Shown: positions 21,347-29,890 of the stretch, piece after piece
Layout of the letters: every line of letters starts with the position of its first letter
Numbering within the stretch: position 1 is the first letter of the stretch
Origin: an uncultured Pseudomonadales bacterium
Lineage (GTDB): Bacteria > Patescibacteriota > Microgenomatia > UBA1400 > PJMF01
Length of the DNA: 61,223 bases
Assembly: GCA_964620965.1 (NCBI GenBank)
Contig: CAZUHV010000001.1
Span: forward strand, 20,839-82,061
Direction of reading: 5' to 3'
Position numbers and translations under genes: made by a program
Notes under the pieces: model-generated
The model's input: only the letters and a program-made list of their open reading frames with translations
The model's database searches: none
What the model was told of the DNA's origin: nothing

Positions 21347-22510
21347 CTATTTTATGTATTTTCTAACCATAAATAATTGTGGAATTATCAAGATAATTAG
21401 AATTAATCCTAAAAGTAATGCAAAGCTATTTGGAGAGTATACATCTATGTACTTTCCCACAAATAAAAATGTCAGGGTAAATGGCAATTCTGACAACAAC
21501 GTAAGTGTTGACAAAGCTGTTGCCCTATTATTGGAACTAATAAATCTATTCATAATAACTGATTTTGCACTTCCAAAAGTTGTTGAACTGGAAATTCTCA
21601 GTACAATTAACACACTGCCAAGCAGAACTCCTACAAAAGGAGCAAAAATAAATGAACTTAAAAGAGCGCAAATTGAAATAAGTAATAGTTTTTGATTGCC
21701 AAATTTTTTTCGCAGTTTTGGGTATACATGTGAAACAAAAGCAGCGATAATGTAACCCATGCCAAACAAAATTCCAACCCCTTTTCCGTCTAATCCATAC
21801 TGTTCTGCTTGAGAAATACCAAGAATTCTAGCTGCAAAGAAATAGCCAGAAGCTATTGTTATTAACAGCACACTAATTGTAGAAATTTTTGCATTTTGAA
21901 ATAATTCTGAAAAACCTTTCAAGTTCTGATTAAAGTATGTTTTAAAACTAAAAGTCTCAGAATCAATTACTGGTTCTTCTAAAAAGAAACAAAGTGCTGC
22001 TGCAAAAAAGTATATAACTGCAGTAATAATAAATGGCCCAACACTCCAGAGATCATATAAAAAACCTCCAGAAACTGCAGCAATAAATAATCCTATCCAG
22101 GTAACTGTTTCAACTTTTGCAGTAACATGATCATACATTTCTTCTTTACCTGAAGACTTCAACGTATCATACATCAATGACTCGTGTGTTCCAGAATATA
22201 GTGATTTTCCTAATCCACTAATAATTCTCCCCAAAGCGAAAATTAAAAATACTTCTCCATTTGCTATTACCAATAAACCAATGGCACTGAAAACAAACGA
22301 CCAAAACAGTGTCCATTTTCTTCCGATTAAATCACTAATTGCACCTGTTGGGATCTCAAAAATATTAGAAGAAATTGTCGTTAATGCACCTAAGGTTGCC
22401 ACGTGAGTAAAATCAAGATATTTCAAAAAAAATAACAACCAAATTGCAACTGGTAAATATAGTTCATTTACAAAGGCAAGAATATATCCAATAAAAAGGT
22501 TTTTCTTCAT
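21347..22510 (-). CDS. MFS transporter
   Basis: FEIPTGAISDLIGRK motif A and about 12 TMs. Confidence 0.9.
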   Translation of the reverse strand: MKKNLFIGYILAFVNELYLPVAIWLLFFLKYLDFTHVATLGALTTISSNIFEIPTGAISDLIGRKWTLFWSFVFSAIGLLVIANGEVFLIFALGRIISGLGKSLYSGTHESLMYDTLKSSGKEEMYDHVTAKVETVTWIGLFIAAVSGGFLYDLWSVGPFIITAVIYFFAAALCFFLEEPVIDSETFSFKTYFNQNLKGFSELFQNAKISTISVLLITIASGYFFAARILGISQAEQYGLDGKGVGILFGMGYIIAAFVSHVYPKLRKKFGNQKLLLISICALLSSFIFAPFVGVLLGSVLIVLRISSSTTFGSAKSVIMNRFISSNNRATALSTLTLLSELPFTLTFLFVGKYIDVYSPNSFALLLGLILIILIIPQLFMVRKYIK

Positions 22511-22511
22511 G

Positions 22512-23345
22512 TTATTTTTTGAGCTTCTTTAAAACCCTCTCAAAGTATTTTCTGTGCCCGCTAAAATTACCTTCTTTTCTTACTAAATGAATTCCAGCTG
22601 CTAAAACCAGCATTTCTTCTATATTTTTTTGAGTAAATTCTGAAAAAAGTTTAATATATCTTGTATCAAGATGCATTATTTTTTTTAAAACTTCATATAA
22701 TTTTCTATAAATAAATGGAACATGTGAAGGAGCATCAGAAACCATTGCGTTTACAGCAGTTAGTGTAACGTCCAATCCAGGATCTCCAATAAATGCATCC
22801 ATCCAATCTAAAACTACAATTTCACCCGTACTACTCTTCATGATATTTCCATGATGCAAATCACCATGACAGAGCTTTTTTACTTTTGATTTTTGAAGCA
22901 AATCAATGAGGAGTTTTTTTTCCGCAACAGTTATCCTGTTTGATGTTAAAAGTAAATTAGAAAAACTTTCATATTGAGTTGGTATGTTTGTTACTGAATA
23001 TGAATTTATTTTTTTTGCTACTTTAGAAACTATCTTTGCAGAATTAAAAAATTCTAAAGGATTTTTTTGAAAAATAGACATATATGATTCGCCAACAATT
23101 TTTTCAAAAACTATACCATGCCTGTTACTGAAATTTTTTAATTCATATACTTTAGGTACAATATTCTTAAGTGTTTTATGTACCTTTTGAGTAATTTTAA
23201 ATTCTCGTATAACTTTTTCTTTTGAAATTTTTTTAGAATACAACTTTAAAACCTTGCCATAACCAAAATCAAAAATTTTTGATTCTCTTCCATAAGCGAT
23301 TGGATTTATAGTTTTGGTATTGATTTTCATAAGCTTTGTACTCAA
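22512..23345 (-). CDS. Aminoglycoside-phosphotransferase/kinase-like protein
   Basis: AYGRES Gly loop, VLK, LCHGDLHHGNI and VLDW motifs. Start may be ATG 23330. Confidence 0.85.
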   Translation of the reverse strand: MSTKLMKINTKTINPIAYGRESKIFDFGYGKVLKLYSKKISKEKVIREFKITQKVHKTLKNIVPKVYELKNFSNRHGIVFEKIVGESYMSIFQKNPLEFFNSAKIVSKVAKKINSYSVTNIPTQYESFSNLLLTSNRITVAEKKLLIDLLQKSKVKKLCHGDLHHGNIMKSSTGEIVVLDWMDAFIGDPGLDVTLTAVNAMVSDAPSHVPFIYRKLYEVLKKIMHLDTRYIKLFSEFTQKNIEEMLVLAAGIHLVRKEGNFSGHRKYFERVLKKLKK

Positions 23346-23365
23346 TAAAAAATTTTTATTAAAAT

Positions 23366-23830
23366 CTACAATACCTTTTCTAATTCAATACCAATTTCTG
23401 TAAATCCGTTTTGTTTGTAATAGTTAATCGCCTTTTTATTATTCCAAAAGGCTTCTACATAGAGCCTCTGAGCTTTTTGTTCTTTTGCCCAAGTTCCTGC
23501 TGCATCCATTAATTGGTTTCCTATGCCTTGTGATCGAAATTCAGGAGTAACACCAATATTCTCTACTTCAACATACGTACTTTTTCTATATCCAAAGTCT
23601 TTTATAGAAAGTGCTACATATCCAACCACTTTTTGATCAACTTCTGCTACTAAACAATGCCCATATGTACCATCGGCTAAGCTTTTATAATATTTGATTC
23701 CTTTTTCTGTGTATGGCCAATTGAGGTCCATGTCAGGATCATTATCTTTATCATTTTCAAAAACTTCTGAATTCAATTTTTGAATAATTTCCCATTCTTC
23801 TGGTTTTGCTTGTCTAATTGAAATATTCAT
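23366..23830 (-). CDS. GNAT acetyltransferase
   Basis: V.PEFRSQGIG motif A and N.KAINYY.QNGF. Confidence 0.92.
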   Translation of the reverse strand: MNISIRQAKPEEWEIIQKLNSEVFENDKDNDPDMDLNWPYTEKGIKYYKSLADGTYGHCLVAEVDQKVVGYVALSIKDFGYRKSTYVEVENIGVTPEFRSQGIGNQLMDAAGTWAKEQKAQRLYVEAFWNNKKAINYYKQNGFTEIGIELEKVL

Positions 23831-23844
23831 AAAAACCTTCTAAA

Positions 23845-24531
23845 TTATTTGTTTACCTTTTTATTTGCAACAACCAACCAATATTTACAACTAAAAAGAT
23901 AGGTTCCATCTGCAGAGGTCACTTCTTCCGGTTCTACAATTCCTTCATACAACTCATATGCAAAACCATTTTCTTTCAATTCTGTGCTTAAAAAACTTTT
24001 TGCATCTCTGTGAGAATATTCGTATTCGGAACGACCAATCAGTCGACCATCATCTGCAACTCGCTTAACATCTGTTGCAAAATCAAATATGAAAAGACCG
24101 TCTTCTTTTAAAATTCTATAAACTTCAGAAAAAATACTACTCAGAACATATTTTGGAAAAAGATGTAGTGTTCCTGTATTAAAAACCCCATCAAACTCAT
24201 TGTTTTCGAACTGAAAATCCTCAACAATATTTTGTTCTTGTAAAACAAGTTTTTCTAGCAAATTTTTTGGTGTGTTTTTTTTAAGCTTATCCAATGCCCC
24301 CAAATCTATATCTGTTGCTAGTACACTATCCGCCTCACTTAATAAAATGGAATTATACCTTCCATCGCCCGCCGCAAAATTTAACCACTTCCCAAAAATC
24401 TTTTTTTCTGCAACTAATTTTTTTAGTAAATCAAGTGTTTCTGCATCACCATCACCCCAAATTGGTGAATCTCCAGTTTGCGAATAATCAAAATCTTCAG
24501 AAAATATTAAGTTTTTTGAGTCATCCTTCAT
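23845..24531 (-). CDS. Class I SAM-dependent methyltransferase
   Basis: LNFAAGDGR motif I, TDID, FDGVF and RILKEDG. Confidence 0.85.
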   Translation of the reverse strand: MKDDSKNLIFSEDFDYSQTGDSPIWGDGDAETLDLLKKLVAEKKIFGKWLNFAAGDGRYNSILLSEADSVLATDIDLGALDKLKKNTPKNLLEKLVLQEQNIVEDFQFENNEFDGVFNTGTLHLFPKYVLSSIFSEVYRILKEDGLFIFDFATDVKRVADDGRLIGRSEYEYSHRDAKSFLSTELKENGFAYELYEGIVEPEEVTSADGTYLFSCKYWLVVANKKVNK

Positions 24532-24540
24532 ATATGGAAA

Positions 24541-25023
24541 TTATAGCAAACCTTTTAATATCTTTTGAGGATCTGTAGAACTATACATCTTTAAATTAGG
24601 AACTCTCTCAAGATCAACCCATTCTGGATGATCTGCATATTTAACTTCATTCTCATCAAAAAATTCTGTTGAAAGATCCCCACCAATTGGCTCACATAAA
24701 TAGTATAAGTGAATTGACTGTACATATTTTTCATCAAAAGGAAGTTTAAAAAAAGAACTATTTGAATAGAGAATCTTGATAGGTTTAACATCTATTCCTG
24801 TTTCTTCTTTTACTTCCCTAACTAATGCATCTTCTATATGTTCTCCAAGCTCTATTCCTCCACCTGGAAAATCATATCCATTCCACTGTTTTGCCAAAAG
24901 AATTTTTTCGTCTTTTATAATGATTCCATACACTGCTGGTCTAAAAGATAGTTCAGAAGCTGATACGGTATATTGGTTTCCTTCTATATCATTACAAACT
25001 ACCGTAGTAATCTTATTTTTCAT
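24541..25023 (-). CDS. NUDIX hydrolase
   Basis: PGGGIELGEHIEDALVREVKEETG Nudix box. Confidence 0.93.
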   Translation of the reverse strand: MKNKITTVVCNDIEGNQYTVSASELSFRPAVYGIIIKDEKILLAKQWNGYDFPGGGIELGEHIEDALVREVKEETGIDVKPIKILYSNSSFFKLPFDEKYVQSIHLYYLCEPIGGDLSTEFFDENEVKYADHPEWVDLERVPNLKMYSSTDPQKILKGLL

Positions 25024-25328
25024 ATCTTTTGTTTTAACTCTTCCATTGTTTCTATAAAAGCGTTTTCTAAATCTATGTTATGTGCATCTGACAATACAAT
25101 AATCGACCACAAACAATCAGCAAGCTCATGTTTTAGTTTTTCATCAATATTTTCAATTGATCTTGTGCCGTTTTTTGCTTGAATTAGTTTAGATAAATCT
25201 CCAACATCACCAACAAACCCTGTTAGCAAATCTTGGGTAGACCAAGACTTCCCATATTTTTTTGCTTCAAATTCTGCGTATTTTTTTCTTACTTCTAGTG
25301 CTTTTTGAATAATTTCTTGAAATGTCAT
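25020..25328 (-). CDS. MazG-like nucleotide pyrophosphohydrolase
   Basis: GDVGDLSK...HELADCLW. Confidence 0.8.
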   Translation of the reverse strand: MTFQEIIQKALEVRKKYAEFEAKKYGKSWSTQDLLTGFVGDVGDLSKLIQAKNGTRSIENIDEKLKHELADCLWSIIVLSDAHNIDLENAFIETMEELKQKI

Positions 25329-25332
25329 ATAT

Positions 25333-25908
25333 TTATTCTTTCATAACTTCTTCTAATAATTCTGGAAACTTATTAGACTGTAAATCATCTGTACAAAAAT
25401 GTCCTAGACCTTTAAATTCTTTAAAGTTGGCACTTGGTATTTTATTTTTCAAAATTTCAATCGTTTTTAAAACACTCTCTTCATCATTATCTGAATACCA
25501 AATCGTTATCCCTTGAGTTCTGCTCATTAATTCCGTATCAATTTCGAAATCATCAAAAAAATTAACTGTCTTTGTTTTGTCTGGATCAAGCCAAGGTGCA
25601 ACCAACACAACTTTGCCAACTTTTATTTCTGGATGAATACTTAAATATTTAACAAAAAAACCTGCCCCCGTACTATGTCCTACTAAAATAGTTTCAGAAT
25701 GTATCTCAAATCTTTCAACTTCTCTATTCCACACTTGCCAATTTCGATCATACGAATTAGGCACTTCTGGAGTTGCTGTAGGAATATCTTTTTTTAGAAG
25801 TTGAGCTTGTAACCAGGGAATCCAATGAGCATTACTCATGCTTGGCATTGCAGGATCATAATATTCTTGTTTACTTGGACCCCCGTGAAGAATTATTGCG
25901 TTTTTCAT
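25333..25908 (-). CDS. Alpha/beta hydrolase, RBBP9/YdeN family
   Basis: ILHG, HWIPWL, GHSTG nucleophile elbow, SDND and GHF. Confidence 0.9.
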   Translation of the reverse strand: MKNAIILHGGPSKQEYYDPAMPSMSNAHWIPWLQAQLLKKDIPTATPEVPNSYDRNWQVWNREVERFEIHSETILVGHSTGAGFFVKYLSIHPEIKVGKVVLVAPWLDPDKTKTVNFFDDFEIDTELMSRTQGITIWYSDNDEESVLKTIEILKNKIPSANFKEFKGLGHFCTDDLQSNKFPELLEEVMKE

Positions 25909-26039
25909 ATATCAGAATTATAACAAAGTTCAGATTCAGAGTTTAGCCAATCCTTCTTTCTTAAAAAAACAATAATCCCTCACATGAACATTATTCGAAC
26001 CTATTATCAATCAATTTAGCGTAATATAATAAGAAGAAC

Positions 26040-26402
26040 ATGAAAAAGTTTATGAATTACTTATGGGCATCCTTTATTATTGCTATAACTTTAGTCCATG
26101 CTTTCTTTACAATCATTGTCCCACTTATTTTTACTAACATGTTTATTAATTTAGTTGAACAAACCTCTACTGGATTTTTATTAAATAGACTCTCTATTTG
26201 GATTTTATTTTGTACTACTCCAATACTAATACTCTTAGTACTTTCAGAGAGTAAAATTAATAAAAATAAGCTATTTCCATTTTTAGTTAAAAAGAAAAAA
26301 ATTATATTAATGTTCTTACTGATTACTTTAGTGGCAACTTTTTTAATATCCCAATATATAGAAAAATCTTATTCGCCTACCTTTACAGACATTTTGCGTT
26401 AA
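26040..26402 (+). CDS. Hypothetical membrane protein (3 TM)
   Basis: Three hydrophobic segments. TATAAT upstream. Confidence 0.55.
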   Translation: MKKFMNYLWASFIIAITLVHAFFTIIVPLIFTNMFINLVEQTSTGFLLNRLSIWILFCTTPILILLVLSESKINKNKLFPFLVKKKKIILMFLLITLVATFLISQYIEKSYSPTFTDILR

Positions 26403-26442
26403 AAATAATCGGTTATCACACTGCTGTACGATGTTGGAACCT

Positions 26443-27672
26443 CTAGTCACTCAATTGATAAACTTTATCTCCCAAAAACCCAGTCACTTCGGGGCGAATT
26501 ATATCTTTAGTTGGTGGCATCGCAGCTGGATGTATAGTAAACATTCCATACTTCTCATTTATAACATCTAAAGCTCTTTGAATCGATTCCTTCCGCTGCC
26601 ATTCTGGCAGTAATTGATCCTGTTTATGTGGTTCAAGCAATGAAAGACGAACTGCAAACTTTATCACCGGAAATGTATCTTTCCAACCTTTGTATAAAAG
26701 CATTACTTTTTTATTTAAATCACTAATATTATTAATTGGTTCTTTAAGCGTAATATAATCGCTCCAATAATTATCTTTACCATACAGTGCTAACCAAACT
26801 TGCCTTCCTGCCAAATTCATCTTTCTTGTCTTATGCATTACTTCTAAACAAAGATTTTTAATAATATTCGCAATTTCTGTCTCATCGGTATAGAGACGAT
26901 ATCCAGTTATAGATCTCCCCACACTTTTCATATATTCTGTCGGTTTTTCTACCTGTTCCAGTAGATGTGTCTCTTCTCCATATGCAATTTTCATAAGCTC
27001 TCTAGCCCAAAATTTCCCAAAAATTATTTCTAATTCCTCATTACTCATGAACCGTATTTGATATGGTGTAAAAATATTAAACCGAGCCAATTTCTTTGAT
27101 AATCTATAACCAATTCCACAGACATCCCTAAATTCTGTACTCGCAAGTAGAGCATCCTTATTCTGCGCTGTTACCTCACTTACAGTGCCTTTTGGTGCAA
27201 CCTCACTGGCCATTTTTGCCAATAATTTATTCTCTGCAATACCTATATTACATGTAACCCACTTTCCAAGTTCTTCTTTAATTAAATTTTGAATGTGTTT
27301 TGCAAATTTAATTGGATCCTTATATAAATGTTTCCTGCAATCTGAAATATCTATAAAAGCCTCATCTAAAGAGTATATGTTCACTGTTGGGGCAACTGAA
27401 TTAAAGATTTTTTGCAATCGCTTGGTAATATCTAGATACCTATCAAAAGTAGCTGGAATCGTGATTAAATCTGGACATTTCCTCAACGCATCAGACTTTC
27501 TTTCACCTGTAACTACACCTTTAGCTTTTGCCTCTTTGCTTGTAGCAATTAAACATGTTCTGCCTTTGTCTTTTACTACACCAATAGGTTTTTCTCTTAA
27601 ATATGGATTTTCTTGCTGCAAAATCGTTGCAAAATATGAATTAATGTCCACATGCAAAATTGTCCTATTCAC
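26443..27672 (-). CDS. dinB: Y-family DNA polymerase (DinB/Pol IV-UmuC-like)
   Basis: LHVDINSYFA, YSLDEAFID, NKLLAKMAS and GIG motifs. GTG start at 27672 with GGAGG upstream, overlapping the preceding stop. Confidence 0.93.
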   Translation of the reverse strand: MNRTILHVDINSYFATILQQENPYLREKPIGVVKDKGRTCLIATSKEAKAKGVVTGERKSDALRKCPDLITIPATFDRYLDITKRLQKIFNSVAPTVNIYSLDEAFIDISDCRKHLYKDPIKFAKHIQNLIKEELGKWVTCNIGIAENKLLAKMASEVAPKGTVSEVTAQNKDALLASTEFRDVCGIGYRLSKKLARFNIFTPYQIRFMSNEELEIIFGKFWARELMKIAYGEETHLLEQVEKPTEYMKSVGRSITGYRLYTDETEIANIIKNLCLEVMHKTRKMNLAGRQVWLALYGKDNYWSDYITLKEPINNISDLNKKVMLLYKGWKDTFPVIKFAVRLSLLEPHKQDQLLPEWQRKESIQRALDVINEKYGMFTIHPAAMPPTKDIIRPEVTGFLGDKVYQLSD

Positions 27673-27910
27673 ACCAAACCTCCAAAATTTTCCATTGTTC
27701 TGATTCTCGGTTAAATTCAATTCTATATAGATTAACACCAGAAAGGACGCTATATAAGCGCCTCTTAATCAATCCATCTTTTACACTATTTGAGAGAGTA
27801 ATTTCTTTTATAGGAAAAATCTTGTTATTCCATTTAAATTTTTTAGGAATAAACCTAGAATGAGAATAAACACCAGCTACTTCTATTTCTTCATTTACCG
27901 TTTGGTACAT
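27665..27910 (-). CDS. Small beta-rich protein coupled to DinB
   Basis: 81 aa (FKWNNKIFPIKEI...YRIEFNRESEQWKI). Its stop overlaps the dinB start. Confidence 0.7.
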   Translation of the reverse strand: MYQTVNEEIEVAGVYSHSRFIPKKFKWNNKIFPIKEITLSNSVKDGLIKRRLYSVLSGVNLYRIEFNRESEQWKILEVWCE

Positions 27911-28058
27911 TCATTCATAATACACTAATCAAACCCGAATAAGTCAACAAGCAATAAAGGTGGATTTATCAGTAATATATTAAAATAGATTAATATATTA
28001 AGCTATATTTGAAAAAGATCCCGTACGCGGACGCTATTCGAACTTATTTTTTAATAAA

Positions 28059-28292
28059 TTAATAGTTATAAAGTGAAAAAATATTAATGAAAGTTGGAAT
28101 CATTGTTAATACAAAAGTAATTCCAATTATTAATGCTGAAATAATCCAAATCTTTTCAATCTTCTTTTTTTTATTTCTGTAAATTGCGGTGACAACTAGT
28201 GATACTACTAAAACCAACAAAGAAAATTTCCACCAATATGTAGAAAGTAAAGTTATATTATTTGAAGCATCAAATGGATCGATATTAAACAT
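28059..28292 (-). CDS. Small 2-TM hypothetical protein
   Basis: Two hydrophobic helices around a basic loop. Extended -10 (TGGTATAAT) 6 nt upstream. Confidence 0.55.
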   Translation of the reverse strand: MFNIDPFDASNNITLLSTYWWKFSLLVLVVSLVVTAIYRNKKKKIEKIWIISALIIGITFVLTMIPTFINIFSLYNY

Positions 28293-28473
28293 ATTGATAT
28301 TATACCAAAGTTCAAACTCCTAGTACGACTCAGTTTTTTACTTGAGTAAAAAACAGTGATCCCGAACTAGGATCTCGAATCTGAAAATTTATACATTAAA
28401 TACGGAATTTTCCGCAAACTGATAAATAGTTATTAATGTAATGTTACTTTATAACAAAAGAAAACATTTGTCA

Positions 28474-28493
28474 AATAGCAATTTTAGCCTGGT
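28474..28493 (+). repeat. Imperfect 20-bp direct repeat, copy 1
   Basis: AATAGCAATTTTAGCCTGGT; 17/20 identical to 30531-30550, with a shared 11-mer TTTAGCCTGGT. Confidence 0.55.
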
Positions 28494-28511
28494 ATATGTA
28501 AGGAATATACA

Positions 28512-28540
28512 TTGAGACAAGTAGTTTGCTGGTGTATTAT
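28512..28540 (+). promoter_or_regulatory. Sigma70-type promoter of the integrase
   Basis: TTGAGA-N17-TATTAT, 15 nt before ATG 28556. Confidence 0.6.
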
Positions 28541-28555
28541 TCAGAATTGAAGCTA

Positions 28556-29434
28556 ATGGATAATAAGTTTAAGATTTATTTGATAAACAAAGGTCTTAAG
28601 GATAGGACGGTTAAGCAAATTGAGTATAGGGTAAACAAAATACTTGAAAGTTGCCGTCCTCTAACAGAAGACAATTTTGCAGATTTTCAATATTCTTTGA
28701 TGTCTAAAATATCTAATGCTGGGGTAAATAAGTATATTCAAGCGATTAGACACTGGAACTCATATAATGGGGTTAAAAAATTCAAGATAAAAGCATTAAA
28801 AGAAGTTAGTAAACAACCGAGAGTTTTAACAAACGAGCAGATATATAAAATAATCTACTGCAAAAAAAATCTATACACCCCATACATAAAGATACTCGCC
28901 CATACTGGAGCAAGGCCATCAGAAGTTCTCTTTCTAGAAAAAAATAATATAAATATTGAACAAAGAATAATCTACGTTGACGAATCAAAGACCGGTAACG
29001 GGAGATTAATACCAATACCAAGCTCAATTATTCATGAAATGGAAAACTATAAACCATTTGAGAAAACAATAGAATCTTTAAATAAAGAGCTTAAAAAACG
29101 CTGTAATAAAATTGGTATAGATCCAATAACATCATATAGTTTTAGACACTCTTTCATTACAAGAATGGTTGCACAAGGAATCCCCTTAATGGTAATTATG
29201 GCTATTGTTGGACATAAAAAAGCAACAACTACACAACAATACTTCCACCAAAATAGAGAGATGTTACTTACTGGAATAGATCAGGACGTTCTTAATTGGG
29301 AGTATCTAAGTTCTAGAGAAAAACTAGAAAATGTTAAGGAAAAGATCAGAAAAATAGTCAAAGTCAATGGGATCAAAACAAGCATAAGTGAAGATGATTC
29401 ATCTTTTGTGTTACAGATACGTATTGATGAATAG
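28556..29434 (+). CDS. Tyrosine recombinase/integrase
   Basis: TGARPSE (R), SKTGNGR (K), YSFRH (H replaced by Y, then xxR), VGH and TQQY (Y). N-terminal SAM-like core-binding domain. Confidence 0.93.
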   Translation: MDNKFKIYLINKGLKDRTVKQIEYRVNKILESCRPLTEDNFADFQYSLMSKISNAGVNKYIQAIRHWNSYNGVKKFKIKALKEVSKQPRVLTNEQIYKIIYCKKNLYTPYIKILAHTGARPSEVLFLEKNNINIEQRIIYVDESKTGNGRLIPIPSSIIHEMENYKPFEKTIESLNKELKKRCNKIGIDPITSYSFRHSFITRMVAQGIPLMVIMAIVGHKKATTTQQYFHQNREMLLTGIDQDVLNWEYLSSREKLENVKEKIRKIVKVNGIKTSISEDDSSFVLQIRIDE

Positions 29435-29458
29435 ACCGATGTATGCAATATTGTTAGT

Positions 29459-29620
29459 GTGAACCAATTAAAATTAGATAAAAGATTACAAGAATGTTAC
29501 AGACAGCTTGTAAATATGGGCTATAATGTCAAGGTTATCTCTCCAAAAGAAATAAAAATAACCGTTGAAAAAGATGCCGAACCTAACCCCAAAACAAAAA
29601 GTAAAACTAAAACAACTTGA
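29459..29620 (+). CDS. Small hypothetical protein A (53 aa; below ORF-track cut-off)
   Basis: GTG start. Translates as VNQLKLDKRLQECYRQLVNMGYNVKVISPKEIKITVEK... and is similar to ORF B. Confidence 0.4.
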   Translation: MNQLKLDKRLQECYRQLVNMGYNVKVISPKEIKITVEKDAEPNPKTKSKTKTT

Positions 29621-29735
29621 AAAATTAGCACAAAAAGCTAAAGAATCTGGTTTAAATGTTTCTGTTGAGTCTCTTACTGAAATAAAGATTGAGATACCTA
29701 AAAACAGCAATAACAATGAGTCAAATAAAAAATAA
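29574..29735 (+). CDS. Small hypothetical protein B (53 aa)
   Basis: Translates as MPNLTPKQKVKLKQLEKLAQKAKESGLNVSVESLTEIKIEIPK... and shares GxNVxVxSxxEIKI with ORF A. Confidence 0.45.
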   Translation: MPNLTPKQKVKLKQLEKLAQKAKESGLNVSVESLTEIKIEIPKNSNNNESNKK

Positions 29736-29844
29736 CTTATATATCATATATTTACCTATTTTTTGAACAAGATTGCCCTGTTTTTTTTATAAAAAGTCAC
29801 CCGAAAATTAACCTGTTTTGATATAGTAATTAGCAGTCATTTTT

Positions 29845-29871
29845 TAAAACTGCTACTTGCGTAAATATAAT
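29845..29871 (+). promoter_or_regulatory. Candidate promoter for the ncRNA-tRNA transcript, overlapped by an inverted repeat
   Basis: TTTAAA-N17-TATAAT, with TATAAT at 29866-29871. TAGCAGT-N11-ACTGCTA (29831-29855) overlaps the -35. Confidence 0.45.
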
Positions 29872-29890
29872 AGCTTGTGATTAACTATTA

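Noticed and set aside
21347-28292. Integron cassette array (GNAT/NUDIX/MTase-type small genes near a tyrosine recombinase)
   Set aside because: Intergenic gaps of 20 nt or less leave no room for attC sites, no GTTRRRY-bounded palindromes were found, and the recombinase is phage/Xer-like with no IntI insertion recognised.
28017-28385. GATCCCG...TCGAA fragments as tRNA remnants, att sites or REP elements
   Set aside because: Matches are 9 nt or less, spacing is variable, there is no cloverleaf, and nothing matches the 30283 tRNA. The 9-bp hairpin at 28333-54 is unexplained, but alone it is weak.
29486-29716. 76-aa minus-strand ORF
   Set aside because: It is the antisense shadow of the two plus-strand mini-ORFs; its hydrophobicity comes from A-runs.
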